Below, in pieces: positions 27,518 through 38,526 of a stretch of 64,000 nucleotides of DNA. The position numbers and the translations under genes are program-made. The stretch spans positions 4,373-68,372 of the forward strand of contig CADASG010000004.1 in the NCBI GenBank assembly GCA_902790475.1, read 5' to 3'. How positions within the stretch are numbered: position 1 is the first letter of the stretch; every line of letters begins with the position of its first letter. The notes beneath the pieces were generated by a model. That model made no database searches and was not told the DNA's origin. It saw only the letters and a list, made by a program, of their open reading frames with translations. The DNA comes from an uncultured Ruminococcus sp. (GTDB lineage: Bacteria > Bacillota > Clostridia > Oscillospirales > Acutalibacteraceae).

Positions 27518-28615
27518 TTAGTAATCAAGGTAATCCTTGAGTTTGCGGCTTCTGGAGGGGTGGCGGAGCTTGCGCAGCGCCTTTGCTTCGATCTGGCGGA
27601 TACGCTCACGTGTAACGTTGAATTCCTTGCCGACCTCTTCAAGCGTTCTGCTTCTTCCGTCCTCTAAACCAAAGCGCAGCTTGAGCACCTTTGCCTCACG
27701 GGGGGTGAGAGTGGAGAGCACGTCGGAAAGCTGCTCGCGCAGCATTGTGTGTGAGGCGGCGTCGGCAGGAGCCGGAGCGTCGTTGTCGGGAATAAAGTCG
27801 CCGAGGTGGCTGTCTTCCTCTTCGCCGATAGGTGTTTCAAGTGAAACAGGCTCCTGAGCTACGCGCATGATCTCGCGCACCTTGTCAACGGGCATATCGA
27901 TTTCCTCTGCGATCTCGTCGGGAGAGGGCTCGTGACCGTTTTGGTGAAGGAGCTGACTCTGGACTTTTTTGACCTTATTGATTGTTTCAACCATATGTAC
28001 GGGAATACGGATGGTGCGCGCCTGGTCTGCGATAGCGCGTGTGATAGCCTGACGGATCCACCATGTGGCATAGGTGGAGAACTTAAAGCCCTTGGTGTAG
28101 TCAAATTTTTCGACCGCCTTGATCAGACCGAGGTTGCCCTCCTGGATCAAATCAAGGAACTGCATTCCTCTTCCCAGATAGCGCTTTGCAATGCTGACGA
28201 CCAGTCTGAGGTTTGCTTCGCTCAGGCGCTGCTTTGCCGAAACGTCGCCGTCGGAAATGCGAATGGCAAGCTCAACCTCTTCCTCGCTGGTGAGCAGAGG
28301 CACCCTGCCGATTTCCTTGAGGTAAACCTTAACGGGGTCGTCAATGGTCATGCTCTGTTCGGGAGCGGGGGAGGAGCCGTCCTCGTCCTTCACATCAACC
28401 ATTCCGAGGTCGATATCGTCGATTTTGATATCCTCCATATCCTCAACGATTTCGATACCCTGCGCTTCAATGGTGTCGTACAGCTTTTCCAGCTTTTCGG
28501 GGTCGATGTCCAACTCGCCGATCGCGTCAAGAATATCCTGGTTAGTCAGCTGACCTTTTTGCTTGCCGAGATCTACCAGTTCTCTGACCAGTGAGCGTTT
28601 TTCCTGCTGTGCCAT
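27518..28615 (-). CDS. rpoD: RNA polymerase primary sigma factor
   Basis: [54 protein letters not shown]. Confidence 0.98.
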   Translation of the reverse strand: MAQQEKRSLVRELVDLGKQKGQLTNQDILDAIGELDIDPEKLEKLYDTIEAQGIEIVEDMEDIKIDDIDLGMVDVKDEDGSSPAPEQSMTIDDPVKVYLKEIGRVPLLTSEEEVELAIRISDGDVSAKQRLSEANLRLVVSIAKRYLGRGMQFLDLIQEGNLGLIKAVEKFDYTKGFKFSTYATWWIRQAITRAIADQARTIRIPVHMVETINKVKKVQSQLLHQNGHEPSPDEIAEEIDMPVDKVREIMRVAQEPVSLETPIGEEEDSHLGDFIPDNDAPAPADAASHTMLREQLSDVLSTLTPREAKVLKLRFGLEDGRSRTLEEVGKEFNVTRERIRQIEAKALRKLRHPSRSRKLKDYLDY

Positions 28616-28634
28616 ATTATCGTTCCTTTCCTGT

Positions 28635-30392
28635 TTACTGCCGCTGTCCGTTCAGATAAGCCTGAATTTCCTCGGCGGTCATATTTGAAATGTCCTTTTT
28701 ACTGAGTTTTTTGCTTTCCTCCGCAATTATTCCGAGATACTCGTCGAGCGACTGCCGCGTTCCTGCCACGGTGCCGTATTTGGCGAGGATCTTATATACC
28801 CGCGAGCGTTCATCGTCGGAAAAATCCGAATTAAGATTGTTGAGAGGCTCCATGCCATCTCGGATACGGTTGAGAAAATATGTGTAGTAACGCCGCATCA
28901 ATTCGTTTTGAAACTGATCGGCTGCGATATGTGAGTCAATATAATCCGCCGCGTCGGGATTATTGATGAGATACGCTACAAGCGCTTCCTCTGCCGAGGA
29001 GCTTCGCGGCTTTTTGGAGCGCTCCGTGTCGAGTTTATCACCCCTGCCGCTGAGGTCGTTTTGGATACGGCGAATCTCTTTTTTACTGTTTTCTCTGTTT
29101 TGGCGGCGGTTGACGGAGTTGACCTGACGGACAAAAGCGTCCTTGCCGATTTCAAATTCCTTGCAGAGACGTGATATGTAAACATCCCTTTCAATGGGAC
29201 TGTAGATACCTGCGATAATGCCTGCGGCTTCCTCCAAAAAACGCACCTTGCCGTCGGGAGTATCGAGATTGAAGCCGCCGCGAAGCTTTTGCAGACGGTA
29301 TTCAACGTCGTTGCCGCTTTTTTGGATAAGCGCCTGAAACGCCGCAGGACCGTCGGCACCCTTTGATTTGATAAACTCATCGGGATCCTTGCTGCCCGGG
29401 ACAGTCAGCACTCTGACCAACAGACCTGCGCCCCGCAGGATCGGGATAGCGCGCGATGTAGCCTTCTGACCTGCTTCGTCGCTGTCATAGCAGATGATGA
29501 CCTCGTCGGCATACCTTTTCATCAGCATAGCCTGTTCCCTTGTGAGGGCAGTGCCGAGCGTTGCCACGGCATTTTGAAAACCCGCCTGATTTACGGCGAT
29601 CACGTCCATATATCCTTCGCAGAGTATCAGTGTGCGCGAACCTGAGTTTTTGGCGTTGTTCAGTGAAAACAGGTTCTCGCTCTTTTTAAACACCGGCGTA
29701 TCGGAGGTATTTAGGTATTTTGGCTTTTCATCGGTCATGATCCTTCCGCCGAAGGCTATCACGTTTCCGCGCAGATCAATGATCGGGAACATCACGCGGT
29801 TGCGAAAACGGTCGTATATCCCTTTGCCGCTTTTTTGCCTGACAGCGAGGTTGGCGGCGACCAGCTCGTTGTGACTGAAGCCCTTTTGTTCGAGATAATC
29901 ACACAGCGACGACCAGTCTCCGTAAGCAAAGCCGAGTCCGAAGTGACGGATAGTGCGGTCGGAAAGCATACGGGAGTGAAAATAATCGAGTCCTTCCTTG
30001 CCTTCCGGTGAATAAAGAGATTTATAGTAGTACCTCGCCGCCTCGCGGTTTGCCTCAAACACGCGGTTTCTCAGCTTGCTCATGCTGTCGTCATAGGAAT
30101 CCTCGGGCATATCCATGCCTGCACGCTGCGCCAAAAACTTTACGGCGTCCACATAATCAAGATTTTCTATCTTCATTATAAAGGTTATGATATCTCCGCC
30201 CACTCCGCAGCCGAAGCAATAAAAGGAGTTGTTTTCGGTATAGATATTAAAGGACGGAGTTTTTTCGCCGTGAAAAGGACAAAGCGCGACCAAATTCCTG
30301 CCGTGACGCTTTAAAGTCAAATAGGAGGAAGCAACTTCGGTGAGATCGTTTCGTAATTTCAGCTCCTGCAAAAAGCTCTCGGGAAACGCCAT
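28635..30392 (-). CDS. dnaG: DNA primase
   Basis: CHC2 zinc finger [11 protein letters not shown]...[29 protein letters not shown]. Confidence 0.98.
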   Translation of the reverse strand: MAFPESFLQELKLRNDLTEVASSYLTLKRHGRNLVALCPFHGEKTPSFNIYTENNSFYCFGCGVGGDIITFIMKIENLDYVDAVKFLAQRAGMDMPEDSYDDSMSKLRNRVFEANREAARYYYKSLYSPEGKEGLDYFHSRMLSDRTIRHFGLGFAYGDWSSLCDYLEQKGFSHNELVAANLAVRQKSGKGIYDRFRNRVMFPIIDLRGNVIAFGGRIMTDEKPKYLNTSDTPVFKKSENLFSLNNAKNSGSRTLILCEGYMDVIAVNQAGFQNAVATLGTALTREQAMLMKRYADEVIICYDSDEAGQKATSRAIPILRGAGLLVRVLTVPGSKDPDEFIKSKGADGPAAFQALIQKSGNDVEYRLQKLRGGFNLDTPDGKVRFLEEAAGIIAGIYSPIERDVYISRLCKEFEIGKDAFVRQVNSVNRRQNRENSKKEIRRIQNDLSGRGDKLDTERSKKPRSSSAEEALVAYLINNPDAADYIDSHIAADQFQNELMRRYYTYFLNRIRDGMEPLNNLNSDFSDDERSRVYKILAKYGTVAGTRQSLDEYLGIIAEESKKLSKKDISNMTAEEIQAYLNGQRQ

Positions 30393-30449
30393 CGAACTCC
30401 TCCTTTCTTGTATCTAATAGCTTATTACGCGCAAATCCGCGTAATTCCT

Positions 30450-31082
30450 CTATATAATTTCGGAAATAAAATATTTTTCACCGTTTTCCTGTGCGCTGAC
30501 TTCTCCTGCTGTCACATCGGCGAGTTTTTTGTTCAGTGACGGAAGAAAGTCAGGCTTGATGTGAAAACAAATTTTGACCTCAGCCTCATAAAGCGTGTCG
30601 TCTATCACGCCGCCTGTTTCCATCACAGTGGAGCTGACCTTTCCGTACTGATTATAGTTACAGTTTAGTGTGCAAAGAGCGCAGCTCTGCATGGAAATCA
30701 CTTCACCTGCCGCGAGCGCAAGCTTTGCGCCCTGAGCGTACGCGCGAACAAGACCGCCCTTGCCGAGCAGCACTCCTCCGAAATACCTCGTCACCACAAC
30801 GCAGACATCGGTGACCTCGTTTTTGGTGATAACGTCAAGCACAGGCATACCTGCCGTTCCCGAGGGCTCGCCGTCGTCGCTGTAGCGGCGCAGGTTGCCT
30901 TCGCGCAGAGAATAAGCGTAGACGTTGTGACGTGCGTCCCAGTGCTTTGAACGGATTTCCGTGATAAAGGCAACGGCTTCTTCTTCTGTTGTCACCGGCT
31001 TGCAGTAGCCGATAAAACGAGAGCGCTTTTCCGTGAATTCATCGGATGACTGCCGTCGTACTGTTTTATAATCTGCCGCCAT
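30450..31082 (-). CDS. yigZ: YigZ/IMPACT family protein
   Basis: EKRSRFIG, DDGEPSGTAG, VTRYFGGVLLGKGGLVRAY. Confidence 0.92.
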   Translation of the reverse strand: MAADYKTVRRQSSDEFTEKRSRFIGYCKPVTTEEEAVAFITEIRSKHWDARHNVYAYSLREGNLRRYSDDGEPSGTAGMPVLDVITKNEVTDVCVVVTRYFGGVLLGKGGLVRAYAQGAKLALAAGEVISMQSCALCTLNCNYNQYGKVSSTVMETGGVIDDTLYEAEVKICFHIKPDFLPSLNKKLADVTAGEVSAQENGEKYFISEII

Positions 31083-31139
31083 AAATTACCTCATATGAAA
31101 ACAAGGCGACACTCCGTGCCGCCCATGTCGTCGAAAAAA

Positions 31140-31343
31140 TTATTTTGCAATGTTAAAGCGCTTCTTGAATCTGTCAACTCGTCCGCCTGTATCTACAAGC
31201 TTCTGTTTACCTGTGTAGAAAGGATGGCACTTGGAGCAAATTTCAACACGGATATCTTTTCTGGTTGAACCTGTCTCAATAACATTACCGCAAGCACAGG
31301 TAATTGTTGTCTGCTCATACTTAGGATGGATATTTTCTTTCAT
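31140..31343 (-). CDS. rpmE: 50S ribosomal protein L31 (zinc-binding type)
   Basis: MKENIHPKY...CACG...[13 protein letters not shown]...GRVDRF. Confidence 0.97.
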   Translation of the reverse strand: MKENIHPKYEQTTITCACGNVIETGSTRKDIRVEICSKCHPFYTGKQKLVDTGGRVDRFKKRFNIAK

Positions 31344-31440
31344 TATTTTCACCTACTTACTTTACACAATTAACAGATTGATTATACTACATTTGTTTGC
31401 AAATTGCAAGAGGTTTTTTGAATTATTTAAAAAAATCGTA

Positions 31441-32217
31441 TCATTGCGCAAGATAATCAACGAATTCCTCTAAACACATATTAAAGGTGCGCATTTTTTG
31501 GGCGTTTTCCGCGCCCGTATACCTAAAAACAGCTTTTGAAAAGTCATGGTGAGTCAGGTCTTCCTTGCCCTGAGGATAGCGAAGAATGAAGCCGTAACGG
31601 ATCCCCTCACGCTCCAAAAAGGCAAAAACCTCGGGGTCGCTCACGTCAAAGGAAACCAGCATACCGAGCTGAGCCTCGCTTTCTCCGGCTTTGCTGACGG
31701 AGCGCGAGGCGATAGCCTCGGCTTTGACCTGAGAATACTTACCGTTTTTTCGTACCTTTTCAAGCTGTTTGTCAAACAGCTCTTGCTGTTCGTCATAGCT
31801 GATATAGCCGATTTCGGGCGTCAGGGTCAGATTTCTCTCATTTGCCGCCCTGATCAGACGGTCAAGGTCGTCAGCCATAAGAGTATTGACCTGGACCCCT
31901 CCGCGCTTTGTAAGCTGCGGAATTTGATTTGCCGTCAGTGGATTATGGCTGTTTACGACTTGCAGCAGCAGTTCGTTTGACGCTTTTTCTGTTTTCGCGG
32001 CAGCTTCGGAAGACTTTCCCCGATCCGATAAACCGCTGAAAAGCGCTAACGCCGCGGCAATTCCCAGCAGAAACACGGCGATCACCGCTGCAGCGGCGAC
32101 TTTTTTTCCGCGTGATCTGATAGGACGTATCCTGCCGGTTTCGTAGGATTCCAGCGCCTGCCTGCGCCTGCGCTTTGACGCGTTATACTCTTTTTTTTCG
32201 GACGGGGAAAGTCCCAT
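31441..32217 (-). CDS. VanY/M15B D,D-carboxypeptidase homologue, probably catalytically inactive
   Basis: N-terminal TM helix; fold motifs present (LQVVN, YGFILRYP.GK, FRY.G), but RSY becomes ISY, SEH..G..D becomes SEA..G..S, and EPWH becomes SKAV. Confidence 0.75.
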   Translation of the reverse strand: MGLSPSEKKEYNASKRRRRQALESYETGRIRPIRSRGKKVAAAAVIAVFLLGIAAALALFSGLSDRGKSSEAAAKTEKASNELLLQVVNSHNPLTANQIPQLTKRGGVQVNTLMADDLDRLIRAANERNLTLTPEIGYISYDEQQELFDKQLEKVRKNGKYSQVKAEAIASRSVSKAGESEAQLGMLVSFDVSDPEVFAFLEREGIRYGFILRYPQGKEDLTHHDFSKAVFRYTGAENAQKMRTFNMCLEEFVDYLAQ

Positions 32218-32235
32218 ATGACACCTGCTTAAATA

Positions 32236-34179
32236 TTATTTTATGGTCTTGGAGTCGATCTCTTCCTTAGCCATGGCGATGAATTCCTCAAGCTTCATTG
32301 CGCCTAAGTCTCCATCTTTTCTGTGGCGTACCGATACGGTGTTCGCTTCGATATCCTTATCGCCGACAATGAACATATAGGGAACCTTTTCGAGCTGAGC
32401 CTCGCGGATCTTATATCCGATTTTCTCGCTTCTGCTGTCAACTTCAACGCGCAGTCCCTCTGCCTCAAGCACCTTTTTGATTTCGTATACGTAATCAAGG
32501 TGTCTGTCGGCAACAGCGAGCAGCTTGACCTGAGTGGGAGCGAGCCACATCGGGAACGCGCCCGCGTATTTTTCAATCAGCAGCGCAAGCGTTCTTTCGT
32601 AGCAGCCGATGGAGGTGCGGTGGATAATAAAGGGGTTCTTTTTCTGTCCGTCGCGGTCAGTGTATTCCATGCCGAACTTTTCCGCGAGATAGGGGTCGAT
32701 CTGAATTGTGATCAGAGTGTCTTCCTTGCCGTATACATTCTTGATCTGAATGTCGAGCTTGGGACCGTAGAACGCTGCTTCACCGATACCGATCTCATAG
32801 TCTATTCCAAGATGATCGAGGATAGAGCCCATCATGTTTTGAACGTTGTCCCACTCTTCCTTTGTTCCGATGTATTTCTCACGGTCTTCGGGATCCCACT
32901 GTGAGAAGCGGTAGCTGACGTCCTCGTACAGTCCGACGGTTTTGAGCATATAGGAAGCCAGCTCGACGCAGTTTTTAAACTCGTCCTCTAACTGGTCGGG
33001 AGTACACATCAGGTGACCCTCGGAAATAGTGAACTGACGCACGCGGATCAAGCCGTGCATTTCACCCGACGCTTCATTTCTGAACAGGGTAGAGGTCTCG
33101 TTATAGCGCAGCGGAAGATCGCGGTATGAGCGCTGCTTGTTGAGATACGCCTGATACTGGAAGGGACAGGTCATGGGACGAAGCGCAAAAACCTCGTCAT
33201 CGCTTTCGGGATCGCCGAAAACAAACATGCCGTCCTGATAATGATCCCAGTGACCGCTGATTTTATACAGGTCGCTTTTTGCCATGAACGGAGTTTTTGT
33301 GAGCTGCCAGCCGAGGCTTTGCTCCTTGTCCTCTACAAAACGCTGCAAAAGCTGGATAACACGCGCACCCTTGGGAAGCAGGATGGGAAGACCCTGACCG
33401 ATATAATCGACCGTGGTGAAGAAGCCCAGCTCGCGTCCGATCTTATTGTGATCGCGTTTGCGCGCTTCTTCGAGCATCTTGAGATGCTCCTCGAGCATTG
33501 AAGCCTTGGGGAAGGCGATTCCGTATACGCGGCAAAGCTGCGCGTTGTTCGCGTCGCCGCGCCAATATGCGCCGGTGCAGTTTGTCAGTTCGATCGCTTT
33601 GATCGCGGACACACTCATCAGATGAGGACCTGCGCACAGATCGGTGAAATCGCCCTGCTTATAAAAGCTGATATTCTCGCCCTTGTCGCTGTGCTCGGAG
33701 GCAAGCTCGACCTTGTAAGGCTCCTGCATCTCCTCGAGCATGGCGATCGCTTCTTGGGGAGGAAGTTCAAAACGCTCGATCTCCAGTCCCGATTTTACGA
33801 TCTTCTTCATTTCAGCTTTGATTTTCTGTAAATCATCGTTGGAGAAAGGTTTTTCAACGTCAAAATCATAGTAAAAGCCGCTTTCGATCGCGGGACCGAT
33901 GGCGCATTTGGCGTTGGGATACAGCCTTTTTACCGCCTGAGCGAGCACGTGAGAAGCGGTATGCCAGAAGGCGTGTTTGCCGTCGGGGTCGTCAAAGGTG
34001 AGAAGCTCAACCTTACTGTCCTCTGTAATAGGGGTGCGCAAATCCTTTACCTCATTGTTAATCTTTGCGGCGCAGACGCTTTTATACAGTCCCATGCCGA
34101 TTGATTTAGCGATTTCCGCAGGTGTAACGCCGCTTTCAAATTCCTTGATAACGCCGCCTTTTAATTCAACTTGGATCAT
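32236..34179 (-). CDS. thrS: Threonyl-tRNA synthetase
   Basis: TGS domain, HTASHVLAQA, RDHNKIG, RNEASG...GLIRVRQF, FYGPKLD. ATG 34179 follows AAGGAG. Confidence 0.98.
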   Translation of the reverse strand: MIQVELKGGVIKEFESGVTPAEIAKSIGMGLYKSVCAAKINNEVKDLRTPITEDSKVELLTFDDPDGKHAFWHTASHVLAQAVKRLYPNAKCAIGPAIESGFYYDFDVEKPFSNDDLQKIKAEMKKIVKSGLEIERFELPPQEAIAMLEEMQEPYKVELASEHSDKGENISFYKQGDFTDLCAGPHLMSVSAIKAIELTNCTGAYWRGDANNAQLCRVYGIAFPKASMLEEHLKMLEEARKRDHNKIGRELGFFTTVDYIGQGLPILLPKGARVIQLLQRFVEDKEQSLGWQLTKTPFMAKSDLYKISGHWDHYQDGMFVFGDPESDDEVFALRPMTCPFQYQAYLNKQRSYRDLPLRYNETSTLFRNEASGEMHGLIRVRQFTISEGHLMCTPDQLEDEFKNCVELASYMLKTVGLYEDVSYRFSQWDPEDREKYIGTKEEWDNVQNMMGSILDHLGIDYEIGIGEAAFYGPKLDIQIKNVYGKEDTLITIQIDPYLAEKFGMEYTDRDGQKKNPFIIHRTSIGCYERTLALLIEKYAGAFPMWLAPTQVKLLAVADRHLDYVYEIKKVLEAEGLRVEVDSRSEKIGYKIREAQLEKVPYMFIVGDKDIEANTVSVRHRKDGDLGAMKLEEFIAMAKEEIDSKTIK

Positions 34180-34194
34180 AATAACTCTCCTTTC

Positions 34195-34430
34195 AAAAAA
34201 TAAAGTCCCAATACCTATCGAGGTATTGGGACGAAGTGACTCGTGGTTCCACCCAAATTCGATCAATAATGCTTGTCGATCATTGATCCTTGTTGTTCCT
34301 TAACGCGGAATACGCCGCACCATTTCCTGCGCGGAGCTCCAGGGCGGTAAGCGGTACGTCCGAATATGAAGCTTTCAGCATTTGCTTCACTCTCTGTATA
34401 CGGATTTGGCACAGCTCATATCCCTTTCAC
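34195..34430 (-). promoter_or_regulatory. T-box riboswitch (Thr) leader of thrS
   Basis: Minus strand: AGAGAGTGAAGC...GCTGAAAG stem I, ACC specifier candidate, GGGTGGAACCACG T-box, then terminator GTCCCAATACC/GGTATTGGGAC with U tract. Confidence 0.9.
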
Positions 34431-34443
34431 TGCTTCTGTCAGT

Positions 34444-34472
34444 ATTATATCACTGTGATTTCACAATGTCAA
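34444..34472 (-). promoter_or_regulatory. Consensus sigma-A promoter of the thrS leader
   Basis: TTGACA-17 bp-TATAAT on the minus strand. Confidence 0.85.
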
Positions 34473-34477
34473 CTGTT

Positions 34478-35929
34478 TTATTGCTTATCAATGCCCATCA
34501 AAAGGTCGTTGATTTCCTGCAAACGGCGCTCGTAATAATCGTCGTCCTTTTTTGCGTCTGATGCCGATTTTTTATCGTAATCATTGTTTACCGCTACTAC
34601 CTGCTCGTCAAGAGCTTCCTTTGCTTTTTGCGCGTTATCAGCTTTTTCGGCTGCCTTGCGGGCTTTTTCGGACTTGCTGAGCTTTTTATCGGCAGCCTTA
34701 GCTTTTTCCAGCTTTTTCAGAGCTTCCGCAGCGTTCTGCTTTTTCTGTGTTTTTTCCGAAGGCACAAAAGCAATGTCATCATCATTGTAAGGTAAAGTGA
34801 TAGGTGTTGAAGTGTTTTGCTTTTCATGCTCGGTGAAGTAGGGGATAGGCTCTTCCTCATAGTCGTCAACACTGTAACCGATAACGAAATCATCGATATT
34901 AGCAGGATGCTTTGCGGTATCGCCTTCCATTTCCTCTAAGATCTCGTCCTCGGGGTTTCTGTCCGAAAAAACCAGATCCTCGTATTCCTTGGTGTTGATA
35001 TACTCCTCTTCCGTTTCAGCCTGATGTACGATTTTTAAGTCGTCGTCGGTGGGCTTGTTTTTGGAAACGGCGCGCATGATCTCCTTTTCGTCGGGGGGAA
35101 GCGCGTCTACGATCTCAAACTCGTCTTTTGTGTAGGAATTTAAAAACATCTCCATGATAAACGACGCCGCATATAAGCCTAACGCGATGAACTGCACTGC
35201 GCTGAGCAGTGAGGCGTAATCATAGCCCTCCTTGGAGAGACGCATGATCTCATATACGCCGAAGGTCACTGAGATAGCAACGGCAGGCAAGCCGTAGATA
35301 AAGCAGGATTTAACGGGGTTTCTGCCCTTTATTCTCGAAACGATCATGGAATTGGAGAACAGATAGAGCGTCAGGAAAATATAGCAGAACATCGAAGAAA
35401 GATCTCTGGAATAGATCGACGCCTTTGTAGCCATCAAAAACTCCGTGACCAGCTGTGCGCATCCCCAGAGAGCAGGGGCTACAAACAGCATTGAAATGTT
35501 TGAAACGACGCTTTTTCCCTGAAAATGGATCTTGGAAATAAGCATAAGAGCAATGCCGGCAGGCAGGGAAAAGACAGCGCAAATAATATACATCATCAGA
35601 TTTTCCGATTCTGCCGCGCCTGTGATAGCGGAGGAAAGCCTTGCCGCAGAGCCCGCGATGATCAACGCACCGCTTAAAAGTGAAAGCACGCTCGCGGGAA
35701 CATTTTTCTTAACGGGATAAACCGGCGAGGTTTTTCGGTCAAAAATATTGAGTATCACGCAAACTACAAACAGTCCGACGCATATGCCGATAACAGTGTA
35801 GGTGATATTCATGGCGTTCATGCCCATAAAATTTCCGTTGCCGTCAAGACCAAACAGGCTCATCAGCTTAAAAAACAGCATAACGATGAATGCCGGGACG
35901 AAAGGAATGACTGAATATTTAACCCTCAT
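34478..35929 (-). CDS. Hypothetical polytopic membrane protein with acidic, Lys/Ala-rich cytoplasmic tail
   Basis: About 8 hydrophobic segments in the first ~270 aa, then a charged low-complexity tail; GGAG RBS before ATG 35929. Confidence 0.7.
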   Translation of the reverse strand: MRVKYSVIPFVPAFIVMLFFKLMSLFGLDGNGNFMGMNAMNITYTVIGICVGLFVVCVILNIFDRKTSPVYPVKKNVPASVLSLLSGALIIAGSAARLSSAITGAAESENLMMYIICAVFSLPAGIALMLISKIHFQGKSVVSNISMLFVAPALWGCAQLVTEFLMATKASIYSRDLSSMFCYIFLTLYLFSNSMIVSRIKGRNPVKSCFIYGLPAVAISVTFGVYEIMRLSKEGYDYASLLSAVQFIALGLYAASFIMEMFLNSYTKDEFEIVDALPPDEKEIMRAVSKNKPTDDDLKIVHQAETEEEYINTKEYEDLVFSDRNPEDEILEEMEGDTAKHPANIDDFVIGYSVDDYEEEPIPYFTEHEKQNTSTPITLPYNDDDIAFVPSEKTQKKQNAAEALKKLEKAKAADKKLSKSEKARKAAEKADNAQKAKEALDEQVVAVNNDYDKKSASDAKKDDDYYERRLQEINDLLMGIDKQ

Positions 35930-36130
35930 AAAAAACTCCATCCTGATATTTAATTCGTTTTTTAAGAAAGTACCGATCGGGATATGACCGGAGGCTTTCT
36001 AATGTATACTAAAATGCGTATATATAATATTTTAAGACAAAGACGAGATAATGTCAAGATAAAAACCATATAATATAATAAAATATTAGGGCATAAATAT
36101 TAGTATATGTTGTGAAAAAGGAGCCATGCT

Positions 36131-36673
36131 TTGAAACAAAAGTTTATCTTATTCATTTGTTTTTTGACTGCCATGGCGCTTATCCCGGTTTTCGGGTTAA
36201 GAACGGGCGCCGGCAGATCCGAAAAACAAAACGGCAGCAAAGAAGACGACAGGATATACAAAATCATCGCTTCCGTTTGCGATAACGAGTACAGCGACAA
36301 GACGCTTAGGGCGGTCGCGCGTATAGTTTACAACAATATCAGTCTGGGCTATACATATAAAGACTGTGATTGTTCTGATAAAGAATTATTAGATAAGGTG
36401 AAAAGCGTATGCCGCAAGAAGCCTGCCGATATTATAATTGACGGAAAGCAGCGTTATATTCCGTTTTCAAGCTGCTCAAACGGAAACACCAAGGCTGACG
36501 GCAAATATCCGTATCTTACGTCCGTTGCTTCACCGTGGGATTCTTTCAGCAGTGAATACACAGACAGCGCTGCCTGCGTCGGCGTCAGCATTGACGGATT
36601 GGACTATCTGTGCGAAAACGGCTTTAGCTCAGATCAGGCGCTGAAATGGTATCTGCCGGGAATGAAAGGTTGA
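36131..36673 (+). CDS. Short SpoIID/LytB-like protein
   Basis: Signal/TM helix; YLTSVASPWD and GVSIDG...L...G...QAL.WYLPG resemble the SpoIID C-terminal motifs; only 180 aa. Confidence 0.6.
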   Translation: MKQKFILFICFLTAMALIPVFGLRTGAGRSEKQNGSKEDDRIYKIIASVCDNEYSDKTLRAVARIVYNNISLGYTYKDCDCSDKELLDKVKSVCRKKPADIIIDGKQRYIPFSSCSNGNTKADGKYPYLTSVASPWDSFSSEYTDSAACVGVSIDGLDYLCENGFSSDQALKWYLPGMKG

Positions 36674-36717
36674 AGTATTTGCGTTAGTGTGGTATAATAA
36701 CACCGGAAGGAGGCATA

Positions 36718-37215
36718 GTGGTGAAGAAAATAATATCGCTGATTCTCTGTATTTTGACAGTCGCGGCGTTCGGAGGCTGCGGCAATGACGAAACCTCTGC
36801 GCAAAAAGACGTGAAAGCGGATATGTTCACGCTCAGTCAGGAAATGATGAAGGCAGACGAAACGCTGCCTATTATGATGATCTATACCGATAAAGAGGAT
36901 ACCGACGGAAGCAAGCTGAAAAACCACTGCGGCTTGGATAGGAATAAGACAAATTCCTATTTCTTCGCATGTGAGGAGTCGGAAAACACTCACGAGATTT
37001 CCGTAATTGAAATGAAAAGCGAGGGAGACGTATCTCTTGCGCAGGAAGCTCTAAAGCAACATGCCGAAGCGCTCTCAAAGCGTTTTTCCTCGGCTCCGGA
37101 GAAAAAAGCGCGCGCGGATAAATATGTTATAACCGCTAAAGGCAGATATACGGCGCTGATTATCTGCGACGATCCCGACTCGGTAAAAAAGGTGTTTGAG
37201 GAATCGGTAAAATAA
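36718..37215 (+). CDS. Lipoprotein, DUF4358-like
   Basis: Lipobox AFGGC; HEISVIEMKS and GRYTALIICDD pattern. Confidence 0.65.
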   Translation: MVKKIISLILCILTVAAFGGCGNDETSAQKDVKADMFTLSQEMMKADETLPIMMIYTDKEDTDGSKLKNHCGLDRNKTNSYFFACEESENTHEISVIEMKSEGDVSLAQEALKQHAEALSKRFSSAPEKKARADKYVITAKGRYTALIICDDPDSVKKVFEESVK

Positions 37216-37223
37216 TACGCGAC

Positions 37224-37251
37224 AAAAGCCCGGACGATCCCGGGCTTTTTT
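37224..37251. terminator. Bidirectional terminator
   Basis: AAAAGCCCGG/CCGGGCTTTT between convergent genes. Confidence 0.8.
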
Positions 37252-37260
37252 ATTTGACTT

Positions 37261-38517
37261 CTATTCTTCGCTGAGTATTTTGCTTGCCGCGAGCATAACG
37301 CCGAGCTTGCCGGCGTGGAAGTTTAAGCCGCCCTGCATCCAAACGGCATATGGCTCGCGCAGGGGAGCGTCGGCGGACAATTCTATCGAAGAGCCTAACG
37401 TGAACGCGCCTGCTGCCATGATGACCTTGCTTTCGTAGCCCGGCATATCGGACGGTACGGGCTGAACAAAGCTGTCCACTGCGGAACCGCTTTGGATACC
37501 GCCGCAAAACCGTTCGAGATTATCTTCATTGCCCAGCATGATCAGCTGAATGATGTCCGCGCGGTTTTCGTTGTATTTTGGCGAGGTTTCAAATCCGAGA
37601 AGCTCAAACAGAGCTGCTGCAAATACAGCGGTTTTCAGCGCTTCGCCGGTCACATGCGGCGCGTGGTAAGCGCCCATGAACAGCTCACGCGAAGTGTTCA
37701 GCGTGGCGCCGATCTCCTTGCCTGTTCCCGGCGTCGTCAGACGGTATGCGCACATTTCCACCAACTCCGCTTTTCCTGCGATATATCCTCCTGTGGGAGC
37801 GATACCGCCGCCGGGGTTTTTGATAAGCGATCCTGCCATCAGGTCAACGCCGACTGTCAGCGGTTCAACGCGCTCTGTAAATTCTCCGTAGCAGTTGTCG
37901 AGCATAATGATCGATTCGGGTGATTCCGCTTTGGCTATCTCACAGATCTTTTTTATCTCGCGGTAAGTCAGGGTGGGGCGCAGGCTGTAGCCGCGCGAAC
38001 GCTGGATATAAACCATCTTAGGCTTTTTCTTCGCGATATCGTCTTTGATCTTATCATAATCCGGCGTGCCGTCGGTCATCAGCTCTGTCATTTCAAAACG
38101 GATGTCAAAATCCTTTAGCGAGCCCGGGTAGTCGCCCTCGATACCGATAGCGGAGCGGATCGTGTCATACGGCATACCCGTGACGCTCAGCATTACGTCT
38201 CCGGGTCGCAGCACTCCGAACAGCGCTACAGTGAGCGCGTGAGTTCCGCTTACAAAGTTATGTCGCACCAGCGCGTCCTCGGCGTCAAAAGCAAAGGCGT
38301 AGACCCTGTCGAGCGCGTCACGTCCGAAGTCGTCGTAGCCGTAGCCCGTGGAACCGCTGAAATAACTTTCGCGCACTCCAGCCTGCTGGAACGCCTTGAT
38401 CATCTTGATCTGATGGTATTCCTGAACCGCTTCGATCTCCTCAAGCTGCGCGGCGCACAGCTTCATGGCTTCATCGGCGGCAGTGCGAACCCGTTCATCT
38501 ATTTCAAAAAAACTCAT
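37261..38517 (-). CDS. Methionine-gamma-lyase family / aluminium-resistance (YnbB-like) PLP enzyme
   Basis: STGYGYDDFGRD, FVSGTHA, YIQRSRGY, AGSLIKNPGGG, MAAGAFTLGSSIELSADAP. Confidence 0.9.
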   Translation of the reverse strand: MSFFEIDERVRTAADEAMKLCAAQLEEIEAVQEYHQIKMIKAFQQAGVRESYFSGSTGYGYDDFGRDALDRVYAFAFDAEDALVRHNFVSGTHALTVALFGVLRPGDVMLSVTGMPYDTIRSAIGIEGDYPGSLKDFDIRFEMTELMTDGTPDYDKIKDDIAKKKPKMVYIQRSRGYSLRPTLTYREIKKICEIAKAESPESIIMLDNCYGEFTERVEPLTVGVDLMAGSLIKNPGGGIAPTGGYIAGKAELVEMCAYRLTTPGTGKEIGATLNTSRELFMGAYHAPHVTGEALKTAVFAAALFELLGFETSPKYNENRADIIQLIMLGNEDNLERFCGGIQSGSAVDSFVQPVPSDMPGYESKVIMAAGAFTLGSSIELSADAPLREPYAVWMQGGLNFHAGKLGVMLAASKILSEE

Positions 38518-38526
38518 TTATTCTCC

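Noticed and set aside
34453-34464. TGTGATTTCACA palindrome in the thrS promoter spacer
   Set aside because: Short single occurrence; the T-box already explains thrS control.
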